Source: Rhizophagus irregularis (Eukaryota). Taken from it: DNA of 64,000 nt. A program made the translations under genes and the position numbers. A model generated the notes under the pieces. That model saw nothing but the letters and a program-made list of their open reading frames with translations. It was not told the origin of the DNA and made no database searches. Positions 47,869-60,400 of the stretch are shown here, piece after piece. Every line of letters begins with the position of its first letter. Position 1 is the stretch's first letter. Location: positions 2,418,001-2,482,000 of the forward strand of contig NC_089436.1 of NCBI RefSeq assembly GCF_026210795.1, read 5' to 3'.

Positions 47869-49410
47869 CAATGACGTTTCGTCCCAAATGTTTCTCCAAG
47901 AATTGATAACGATTAATCAGATAATGATGAAAATAAGAGTGATAATGAAAATAAGAGCAATGATGCGTTACTACAGTCAGAATCGAAGGTCAGCAATGAT
48001 GTTGTAGATATTCGTCAGTTTCAAGAATTTCAAAAAAACTATCTCGTAATGTGCAATGATATAAAATGGAAGCTTCCATCCGGAAGTTATGTTGAAGGTA
48101 ATTATTTTAATTATACAAAGGATCTCCCTTGTGAATGGTAGTGTTAAGTTTAAAGTATCTATTATCATAAGCTATGATCTGCTAATCTAATATTTTTACC
48201 AGTCCATCACATAGTTTTATTCTTGATATCGAAAACGGAAGTATAATGAAATTGTTTAATAAAGAAGATCAAGAATATATCAAGACATACAATGCTATGG
48301 CTGACCCTGAATTAGAGGATGGGCTAATGGAATACCTTGTTACATTTAATGAAGTGAGTATCATCTTTCTTGCAAGTACAATGAGAATGTTGTATTCAAT
48401 AATAACATCCTTTTCATTCTATAGACTGATATTTCAAAGATGCGGGATAAAATTAATGCAGAGATAGACATGACTCCATATGATCCTAAAAAACACTTTG
48501 ATTATCAATATGTCTATCAAGTTTTTGCTAACCTGTGAGTAACCAATCATATTTTTAATGAAATTGTTGACCTGTATTTATTTGTCAGCCTAGATATGAA
48601 TTGAGATCTGGAGATTTTACTCGAGCACGCTTGAAGGGATAGTTCAACTCTAATATATGGAATATAATCATTGACTCATGCCTTATTTATTTATACACTG
48701 TTGAGTTTATCCGGTAAGTTATTTAATGTATTTTTTTGAATTTTCACTTATCAGTATAATTATGTTGTGACCAATTTTTTCAGGGGGGAAGGATGCTCAC
48801 TTGCATCATCAGAACGAAAAATAAAGCAAGAGAAAGTGCAAAAACAAGGTCTAAAATTGGCAGGAAGTGTGATGGAATTTAGAGATTACATCAATCGAAG
48901 AATATGCTGTTAGTGAAGAGGGAAAACTTTTTATGGGAAAAAGTGGAACGAAATACTTATCAGATATGCCATAGGTAATGAAAGGACATTCGGGTAAGAA
49001 ACGTTTTTTGTAATATAGTTCCATATACCTTTCTAACATACTGTATCCTTATTAATTATCAAGCGCAATATTTACAACAAGACATCATGGACCTCTCAGC
49101 AGGTTATACCGATTTCGAAAAAATCATTCATACGGGTACTATCGTCATTATTAGATGTAGAAGATCTAATATTTTTAATTCACGAAGTCCTTGTTGCCAA
49201 GGTAAGTTTAAAGACATTCCTACAATAAATTATCTGCCTATTCTTATGATTCTATTATTTTCTCTAGCTTCGTATTAAGCAAAATATAGAACTATCAAAT
49301 AAAAAATGCAATAATTTGAAAGAAGCTTTAAGAAATAAACAGAGCAAGAGGTCAAGATCTGATAATGATTTGCCAGACAATCAAACTTCTCCTCGAAAAA
49401 AGTCAAGTTA
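47869..49410 (+). pseudogene. Multi-exon gene remnant of a fungal family, possibly with a PD-(D/E)xK-like C-terminus
   Basis: KWKLPSGSYVE, PSHSFILD, RGEGCSLASSERKNK, IEEYAVSEEGK...SGTKYLSD separated by short GT-AG introns; stops and frameshifts present. The fold is inferred only. Confidence 0.55.
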
Positions 49411-51184
49411 CATTATTTTAGCTTTTAATTAATTTTTAATTTTTATTACTTTCTAGCATAGTGGCTTTAACAAATCTTTAATGCAAAAAAAGTAGAAATT
49501 ATATTTCTAAAAATACATTTTATTAAAATAAGAAAATTGCAAATATACAATACATGTATTCACTTAAAGCTAAAATCGCACCATGTATAACAAAATTTAT
49601 ATTTGTAGAGATTTATTTAGTTTATTTGAATCAAATTTTCAGAACGAATCATATGACCAAATTCATAGTAGCAATTGTGTTTGGATTTTACAAAGTTCTC
49701 AAGATGTATCCAAGATAGGGATACGTAGTAACTTTATCATGTATCACAGGCAGAGACCTGAACTTTTGTATTTATTTTTGCTTGTATTAATAAAAAAATT
49801 TTTACATACAACTTATCGGGACAAAATGTCGCGGTTTTTTATAACCTAAAATTTATCGGTATCGTAACGAGTCTTCACATTTACCACATGATATAGGGCA
49901 AACTCGGCTCGAAATCATATGTATCTATTTGTTCCGAGGCATTGAATTCGATATCCCTTGTTCCCTTGTTAATCGCATCAAATTTTCCTAAGGAGCGTCT
50001 GTTTGATCAGTTTTTTGGATGACCCACTGCGAATTTATAAAAAGGTGAGACTGGTTAGTGAATCCCTTATACGCCTTGTGTAAGTAAATCAAAGTTGCCT
50101 TTACATAATCGAAATATACACCAGAAAATCGTCATCTGTATGTGTCACATGCCTGGGCGAAAACGTTTATCAAATCTAAATGCTGATTTATAAGAAAGAA
50201 ATATTGTTTTGTTTTGCCCTTTGGCTAATTTTTGCTCCGGAATTTTGTAATAGATCCGAAATTACTTCAAGTTCTCTTGCATAATATAATTTTTATGAAA
50301 TTTATGAAATACATGGAAATTTAAACATAATGTAGAAACGGAGGAAATTGGTTAATTTATTTTAGAAATCACAGAAGCATAAGAGATAACTGAAATGCAA
50401 AAGAATTAACATTAGGCATTATGGAATATATAGTAACTCACTCATTTTATGAGATGCTTCCTCCTTCTTATAGGACATTATTATGTTATATTGTGTTCCA
50501 GAGTATTTGGCTATATCCTTTTTGACTACCTTTCATCCTTTCCATTTCATTTTATATTTACTAATTTTATTGTTTGTTGGTCTTTCCCTTTTCCTCTTCC
50601 CCTTCTTTGATTGTTCTTTAGCCTCTTTCTTTCCCCTTTGAGCACTTTTTTGTTCTTCATTCTCATCAGATTCATAGTTTATTCCTCAATTTTAATGATT
50701 TGAGACTGAGTGTGATCATTATTTGTGATTACAGTATTTAGATATCTATCAATATTTGTATTAACATTCACAAATCCAGTTGCTACCCAAGTATAATTAG
50801 GATTAATTTCATAATTTTATCATTTTTTTAGTTAATGGGTTACTAATAGATTTGTATCACCTTTATGTATAATTCATATGAACATTATTTTCAATTTATC
50901 CTTATATTTTGATAATTTTAGTTTTAACTTTAACCAAATACTGGAGAAAAATTACTCTCCCTTAGGATTGGAATGGCTATATAAAACACATATTTCTCTT
51001 CATTTAAAAACACAATTTCTTTTTCATTATAAAAAAATTCTATTTTACCAGGATTAAAATTACAAAATCCATCATATATTCATTCTTAAAAATACTAGCA
51101 ATACATTTTTTTTAGTAAAAAAATCCTATAACTAGTATTCCAAAGAAGTTGGATTTTGAGGTGTATTCAAACTTGATTTGAGTG

Positions 51185-51461
51185 TAGAAGTAATGACTCA
51201 GATTTGACTTGATCCAATTATAGTCTGATTCAAATAATCTAGATTTGACCGTCAAGTTGTATTTAATATAAAAAAATTAATTTTTAGTTAAAATTATAAT
51301 AAAAGATTCGGGTTGCTAGATCAAAGTAAGGTATAACTTGACTTGACGGGTCAGGTTGAGTTTATGCAGGTTACAGGTCATCAAATCATATGATCCTAAC
51401 CTGACCCCTAAATACAAGTTAGATTAATAACCCAGGTTTGATCTAACTCTTTCAGAAAACT
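51185..51461. repeat. Degenerate MITE-like relic rich in TGACC/GGTCA motifs
   Basis: Repeated TTGAC(C/T) and inverse GGTCA/GGTT motifs; termini not resolvable. Confidence 0.35.
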
Positions 51462-54282
51462 ACTTATAACTGATGGATTATTTTTAAAATGCTCTATGCA
51501 ACTAATTCATCTTATATTTGTAAATATTTCTATTGTTTCTTTTTGAAAGATATATTCAACTATGAAATCTTGTATAAGCTCACAGATATAATAAATATAT
51601 TTATTACCAATTCCATATAAACTTGTTTTTTTTAATATTTTTAATAATATATTATTTGAATATGTTATTATCAAGCTTTATATTATTGATTTAAGTTTTA
51701 GTTTAAATATTTTAATGTACTTTTAAAATCCTTATAACTAGATTTTAGCAAAAAGTGTAATAATAATAGAATTTTGCTAGTAATATTTTAATATTTTCAA
51801 TTTATTTTTTTTACTAATTACTTATTATTAGCAAATTGCTATTCATCTTTTTCTAAATAAGTATTATATTAATATACAGAATATTTATAATATAAATATT
51901 CACAATATAAAGAAGAAATTTTAATCTTATTTTATTAAAATCTTTAAAAGCTTAAATTTCAATTTATTATTCTACTTTAAAAAAAATGCAATTTTAATTT
52001 ATTATTTATTAAGAAATTTATTATATAATAATAATAATAATTAGTTATCCTATTAAGATTATATTTAATTTGTTTTTTTTTCTAAACTAATTCCAGTATT
52101 ATCTAATAAATTTATTTCGCATGCTGTGCATTTTGTTCACTACCAAAATCGTCAAACAAGGCTTATAATTTATTTCCGTCAAGTAACATAACACAGACTT
52201 TCTTTTTCATTTAAAATGTAATTTTTCATTTTCATTTTCATTTTTTTTAAAAAAATTTAAAATATTTTTAAAATTTTGCAGAAATTATTTCATTAATTTT
52301 TGTATTACTATCATGGTATAAAGAGGATCCCAAATATCACATATACAACTTGGAGGTTGACTTTTCACAAATTAACCCTAAATTTCAAAAAAAAAAAGGT
52401 TTTTTGCAATTATCTTGGCATTCAATAGTCCAATTTATGCGAATATTTTTGGTTTTGTAGTTCTCATTAAGCTCTACAAAATAAAAAAAAATCACATGAA
52501 TCAGATCACTGGATGCTAAAATAATTACAAAAAACTGAAAATAAAAAAAGAGCAAATTGGGCCTTTTTTTTGGCAAAAAGTCAGTTATGATCTATATAAA
52601 AAATGTCCAGAGTCTTGTATAAGATAGACTTAATATAATTTTCTAAATTTACAGCCAGTTGATAACAATTAAAAATAAGAAAGCAATTGATTATTTTTAA
52701 ATTATTTTTAAATTCTAATTAATATTATTATTAGATAATTTCTATTTGTATACAAAGTATTTTAAATACAGATTTCCAAAAAAGTAAATTTTCTATGTTA
52801 GTTATTTAATAAAAAAAAAATGTTAAATAAATTAAAATAATCAATTTTAATATTTTAAGTAAACTTAAAAAATAAATAAAAATACATATTATATATTTCT
52901 TTTAAAATTATATTTATTAAAAATTTTTTTAATTTTTTTACATAAACTTTTTAATAAAATTATATAATATATATATAAATATCTTATATAAATTAATTTT
53001 TTTAATATGTGAAAAAATTTTTTTGTTGAATGATTTTGGTTAAGATCATATATTTTTTATTATGTTTAAATCTTCTACTTTAGAAATTGTATTTTTTATT
53101 TAAGAACAATGTTTAAAATAAATTAACAAGTCTTAGAAAAAGACTTTTTTTTTATCATTTTTATCATTTTTGTATTTTTCCTTCACTTTCTCTTTTTAAT
53201 AATAATGATTTCTTAGAAATTTCTTTTTTTTAATGGTCATTAGTAATTCCATTTTCTAAATAAACATCAATTTGCATTTCCTATTGTCAATATATAATTA
53301 CACATATATAGTATATATATTATATATTATATATTATTTTAAAATATTCAAATTAGTAGTTAAATTAACTTATATATTTAATAAGAATTTTTTCTTAATT
53401 AAACAATTTATAATTTATTAAATTTTAATTATTTAACAAATTTAAATTAGATTATACAAACTTTATTTTATGGTTTTCATAATATAAAAATTTCATATGA
53501 TCATTAGATCATAAGATATTTTAAAAATTCAAAATTTTTTTAAATTAATTTTAGCCCCTACAGTTTAAGGGATAATATATTATTAAATAATGATTTTAAT
53601 TTTATTTTAATTATATTTATTTTTAAAGAAAATGTATATTTTGCCTTTTTGTATAATGTTAAAATTTTACATTTTATATAAAAAAAGAAATTTTTAATAT
53701 ACAAATTTTTTTAAAAATGTTTACTATATATATTTTCCTTTACTTTACAAATCTATTTAAAGTATCAAAGATAAAGATAATTTGATTTTTAAATATCATT
53801 TATTTATTTAATAATACTTTTTTTTCAGATTTTTTTCATTAAATCATATGACATATTTAATTCTGACTAGAATTAAATAATTAGCATATAAAATATTTTA
53901 AAGCAAAATTTAAACATTAAATTTATCTTTATTTTATATAGTATATAGTATATTAGTATATAATTAATATTAATGTATATATTTATAATTTAAATAAGTA
54001 ATTATATTATTTCAAAATTTTTTTGTAATTTATTGGAATACTTTACCTTTAAACTATAAAAATTATAATAATTAATTTGTATATTATTTATATGTATTAT
54101 TTAATTAATATTTATATGTATTATTTAATTAATATTTATATATATTATTTATAAAAAGTAATATATATATATATATAAATAAATAATTTTAAAATAATTT
54201 TAAGAAAATAAAAGACTTATAGGGTATATTTGCAGGCAGGTAGAGTGAAAATTATTTATAGTAATAGGTTAGATTCTTGTAA

Positions 54283-54574
54283 CAGTATTCGGAAATGATC
54301 TGATCATTTGACCTTTTAAATGATTTATGGAATCATTTGTCATTATTCATAATCATTTGTCATTTGGTCATTTCAATTATTTAATTTTGATTGGCTAATA
54401 TTTATTACATAAATAATCATGTGACTATAATTAAAAAATAATGAATGTAATGTAGGCAAAAATTATAGTGCTGGCTAAAATTACATTCAAATGACTAAAG
54501 TCATTTGTCATTTGAGCATTAAAACATTTGTCATTTGAATCATTTGGTCATTTCAAGTCATTTGCCGAACATTG
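54283..54574. mobile_element. hAT-type MITE (292 bp) with 8-bp TSD TCTTGTAA
   Basis: CAGTATTCGG at 54283 and CCGAACATTG ending 54574; TCTTGTAA at 54275-54282 and 54575-54582; many TCATTTG subterminal motifs. Confidence 0.88.
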
Positions 54575-57460
54575 TCTTGTAATGTTTCCTTTAAATAAAT
54601 AAAGATCACTGTTCTCTTTAAGTATAATAAAAAAAAAAAACTTATTAAAATTTTAATTTGAAAATCTCCTTTATTTATTATTTTAAAAATTTTATAATAT
54701 ATAATTATAAATACTAAATTTTTAATAATAATTTATTATTATTATATATATAAATATAAATAAATTAATTAATATAACATTATTTTTTTTATAATAATAA
54801 CTTTAAATATTTTTAATATGCAAGCAGATAGGATGTAAATTATTTAATATATTATTCCTCTTTGACTCCTTAAGTATAATAAAAAAAAATATTTTTAATA
54901 TTAATATTACTAAAATTTTAGTTTGAAGGTAAAATCCAAAAATTTTAAATTATAAAAAATAGCAAATAAATCTTCTAAAGAAAAAAAATATTATTTTAAT
55001 TTTATTATTATTTTTTTTTTTAAAAAAAAAAAATTTTTAAAAATGAAAAAAATATACTAATTAAATTTAAAAATAATAATTTTATATTAACAGTTAAGCT
55101 AAACTTAATCTTAGCTTAAAGCTATTTAAATTAAGCCATAATAAAATTTGATAAATACTAGTTTAAAGTTTAAACTAAGCTGAACTCTAACTGGCTTAAA
55201 TAAAATATCTTATGCCATTATGCCATTAGCCCATTACATAGTTACACTCTTTTGCATATTCTGCAGGTCAAATTCCAAGAAGAAAAAAAGAACATTAATA
55301 ACATTCAAAAATAAAAATAGCAAATTCCCCTTTCTAACCTACTATTTTAACAAATTTTAATCTAGGAACCATTTCTTAAAGAAAACGTTAATTACGTTTT
55401 TACAAAATCACCCTTTAACTTGTATACTTTTTCCGTGGATGATCAAATACATAATCGATTTTTATAAAAAGTTAATTAATTAAACTCCAAAATAGGAAAC
55501 TTTAGTCAGAATTTCAATCTTAAGAAGGTCGTCTGTACTATGACTAACATTAACCCAAAAAAGGAAATATTTCAATGATACAATTTAAGAATTTATTTGT
55601 ATTAAAAACTACAAAAAATCATTGCTCAGATTTGACATTTCCTTGAATCCTAAAACCGAAAAATCTAATCATCGAATACAATTGGTCTTAGTGCATCGGA
55701 AAATTTTTTTGTTACATAATTTCATTATTTCAATTGAGACAAAAATCATGCATTATTTAAGTAGTACCTTACCACAAATATACACGTAGGCGTAGCTCAC
55801 GCAGTAATATGACGTAGTAGTTCACTTCCTGGATAATTACACAAAGACTAATTTGGGAATATCCTTCGATTTATAATTACTAGCATTTGTAAATAGTTTC
55901 ATCATCAAATACTATAGCTATCTGACGTTTACCGATTTCCGATTATGATGACGTATCTCTTTCCAGATGAGATTTCTACTCTATTTGCAAATTTTTTGTA
56001 TCTACCGTATCTACCGTTGAATTTATTATCAAAGAAGGCCACACCGAATAAATCATATTAAAATAATAATCTTAAAAGGCCCATTAAATTATTGGCAAAT
56101 GGTCTAAATAACAGACGCCTTCGGAAATTTTGCCAACCTTGGAGAAGCTTTACGCATCTCGTGTTTTATTTAACAACGAATTTCACAATAAAATTAATAA
56201 AATTACAAAGAAATTCTTGATAAAAGAATTGAAAATGCTCAAAAAAACTTTTTAGCTTCACCTCTTTAAAAATACTATATAGATCACATGACCGAAGGAC
56301 GCAGTTTTCTACGTCACATGGTACACAAAATTTGTTGTATCCGGGTGATTAAAACATCAGGTGGTGTTTGTTATGAGAGCGCACTTTGCTATGCAATTTA
56401 TGCAATTTATGCAATTGATGCCATTATAATTGATACCCTAAGCGCGTACACCGAAAAGCAATGAAACAATAATGTACTATATAACGTTTTTTTTTAATAC
56501 TAAACCCTTTTACGCTTTTTTATAGAAACTTTTTTAAAATAAATAAATAATGTTCTTTATGCATTTTTTTTTTATATGCAAAATAAAATATATATTTAGC
56601 ATGATCTGATCTTCAAAGACATATTGTACTATATATTGTATAAATGATACATAAAATCGGTATAATACATAAAATCGGTATAAATTTGATAAATCAACTT
56701 TTTTGAAGTACTCGACTTCAAAACTAGTTTAAATTCTATTCTATACCGTTTTCTGAATACGTGACGTGACAGAGTCGTCAGATTTGATGAGATCGATTTG
56801 CGCGAATCATTTCATTTTAATATGAACTTTGAGACTAAAATTGGTTAATTTAAATTATTATTGTGGTCAATTCTCAAATGTCAAAACTTGAACTTTTCAA
56901 AAAAAAGAAAAACCATAAGTTAGTGTCACGTTCCAATCCGTCATGATCCGTTTAGATTTCCCTTTTTTAAAACCTGATTAATAAGTTCATTAGATGATCT
57001 ATATCTATCAATAAAAGATATTTTTTTTATTGTTTCCTTTGTTCTTCCTTTGTTCTAAAAAAGAAGGAGGGGCATCTCATCTACATGTAAAATGTAACAC
57101 TAATTTCAGGGGAATATCATACGATAAATTTTATAATCAAAAAAATTATTATTATGAGAGAAAAAAGTAACATTTTCAATAAGTCAAAAATGGATGATTT
57201 GAAAAATAAATTAAATTTCGTGTAATATATTGAGTCAAATCAAAATACGCGAACGCCTATAGAAATTCTTTTAATATTTACGCCTAATATAAATAGATTA
57301 TGATCTTTTGAATTAATATATCAATATGTAATACTTTTGACTAATAATCGGTATATATGATCTTTAAAAAAATCACGCATATATTAAAACACGTTACGAA
57401 CAAGTGTTTGTGAAACCATAGGCTAATTCTTGGCGAAATGTGGGCTGAAGTTATAATAAA

Positions 57461-57499
57461 ATAATAGTTATTCGGCATGAAATGCCGAATAACTATTAT
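57461..57499. repeat. Perfect 18-bp inverted repeat with 3-nt loop
   Basis: ATAATAGTTATTCGGCAT-GAA-ATGCCGAATAACTATTAT. Confidence 0.9.
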
Positions 57500-60400
57500 A
57501 TTTGAGTATGATTGACTATGTTCCGTAAATGATTAACGAATAGGGAAAGATATTGATCTTTAACCAATAGTCCAATACTTTTACATCATTTTAATACGTT
57601 GAAACTTGAAAGGATATAATTTGTTCGAAGGTTAACACAAAAGTGCTGCAGTACAACCATTAAGGGTATTACTTACTACATATTTCAAAGATGATTCAAT
57701 GAAATATGTTTACTAGTTGTAATCCAAGTACTACGGATAATGTTCCTAAATTATACTTTTAAAGAAAGTTCAATATATACGAAATATAGTAATTGGAAGA
57801 ATTCATTTAAAAAAAAAACGCCATAATATTTTAAAGTTTCAAAAGTTTCTTTTAATAAACTTTTTTTTTTCAAAATAAAACTTTTTTCAAAGAAAATTTT
57901 TTTTATTAATTTAAACATATAATTTTAAACAAATAATAATAATTTTTTGATATTAAATAATTTTTTTTTTAATTAAAAAATTAAAAAAGGTAATATAATT
58001 TTATCTTAATATAAATTTTTTTTAAAGATCACTCAAAAACTTTTTAACTTTCGATCGATTCAATCGATTCAATCGATTCATAATTGTATCCTGTGTCCAA
58101 GGATCGACCGACGAGTTTCCAAATCGAGAAACATCACGTTATTAATTGTTACTCGGGTTAGTCGGGTATTGGCGTGTCAATTACCTTTACCTCAAAGAAA
58201 CTTTATTTTATTTTATTATACTATTATGGTTATATTAAATACGATACTATTTACGGATAACAGAATATTATTAATTCATCGTATTATCAAAATTAGTGCA
58301 AAAAAAAAAATTTTTTTGTCAAAAGAACAATTAAAGCAAAGAATACATATATATTTTTTTACATATGAAAATTGATAATACAAAATAAATCTTGCATGGT
58401 AAAAAAAAATGGATTTTGATCCATTTTTTAATATTTTAATCGGTTAGAAAAAATATACAGTATATACATACATACATACATATATACATACATACATATT
58501 ATATACATATTATTTAAATCATGGATTACAAAAAAAAATTTTTTTTTTTTTGTAAAAAATATAAAAAAAAAAAGTTCTCATAAAACAACGGATTTAGTAA
58601 AAATCAATAAAAAATTATTTTTAGGAACTAAAAAAATGACGGCTATGGTTAGTGTAACTAAAAATATTATTCGTTCGATTCATAGAAAAAATGAAAAAAT
58701 TTAAAAAATTTTCATTTATTTACTGTAATTAGATTCGGTCTAACGTTTCTCGGTACTCGGTTTCATTGATCTCACGTACTGTGGTCTCACATTTCTGTAT
58801 ACGGTACCTAATTAACTAATATGTAAAAGAGTATATAACAAAGAAAGAGTTTCACACATATTTTACATATGTTCACACATGTTCAAATATTCACACATTC
58901 ACCTGAAAAAGTACAAGTCACACGTAAAATAAAAAACATCAAAACATACATAATTTTTCGTATTTATTTTTTTAATGTTATTACACTTTTAGATATATAT
59001 ATAATCAATCATAAAGTCATAATTTTTAAAATTAACATTTTAACGAAATAAAAAAAAAATAGAAAATTGTTGTCGGGGCAAATTAAAAAAAAGAAAATAT
59101 ATATATATATATATATTATATTATATATATATGTATGTATATATTTTTTTATATATATAAAAATATATGTATGTAAATTCGATATTCGAAAATAATATTT
59201 AATATTTACAAACTAAAACGCGAAAAAAAAGAAAAAGAAATATATTGAAAACTTTTTTTTAAACTCCCGAATAGCATTAAGATAAATGCGACGCGATGTG
59301 CGAGATTAAATGAAGTTAAAAAAAAATAAACGAAAATTTTAAAAGATTTGATAAATAAAAAAAAAGCGAAAGGTATTTTCATAATTGTCCGATTTAATAA
59401 TAATAAAAAAAAAAATTATATATTTTTAAACTTATTTTTTTATGCTTACTATATGCTTACTTGGTGCATATAATAGTGTTTTAATTATGATACAGTACAT
59501 CAATCTATTAAAAGAAAAAAAAAATAAAAAGTCATTCGAAAGTCATTCGAATTTCGAAATTAATGATTCGATAATATGAAAAATATTTACAAACCTTGCT
59601 TAAAATTACTAATTGCGTCTTTCATAAAAGTTCATCATCCTTTTTCTTTAGAAAAAAGTGAAAAAAAATAATAATAATCATGGACATGGATTGTCCTTTG
59701 AAGATAACACATTTGAATTCGTCCATATCAATATGCTCGCTCGTATAAAATTTAAATAATAAAATATAAAATGATAAACGAGTGTATAAATTAAGATAAA
59801 AAAAAAAATTAAAGGAATGTATATGGGTCAGTTCATTTTTTGTCGTTAATAAGAAATTGTTCTTCTTATAATTATGATATTTATTTGCTCTTAGAAATTC
59901 ATCCTCTATTTATACATTTTTTTTGATTGTCAAAATATATATATATATATATAAAATAATATATATATATTATGTGTATACCGTACATACATATATTTTT
60001 TTTTTAGATTCGTTTTGATTTACTAAAAATATAAAAATAAAAAAAAAGTAAACAAAAATATGAATTTATTTTAAATAAACAAAACAAAACTCAATTTGTG
60101 TAAAATTAAAAAAATTAAAAATCGATTTTTTTTTTATTTTTATTTTTTTTTATTTGTATGTTAATTAAAATCTTTACAAACAATTAATTTTATTTTAAAT
60201 AATGTCATTACCAAATAAAGGAAATTGGTAACTTTTTAAATCCAATTTCTTCTTAAATAATAAAAGAAAAAAAAATAAAAAATAAAAAATAAAAAAAAAT
60301 AAAAAAAAAAAAATCCAAATTCCACGATTCTGAAAAATTCCTAAATTCCGGAATTGGCTTCGTTTATTAAAAAAAAAAAAAATTTTTAATAAAAAATGTT

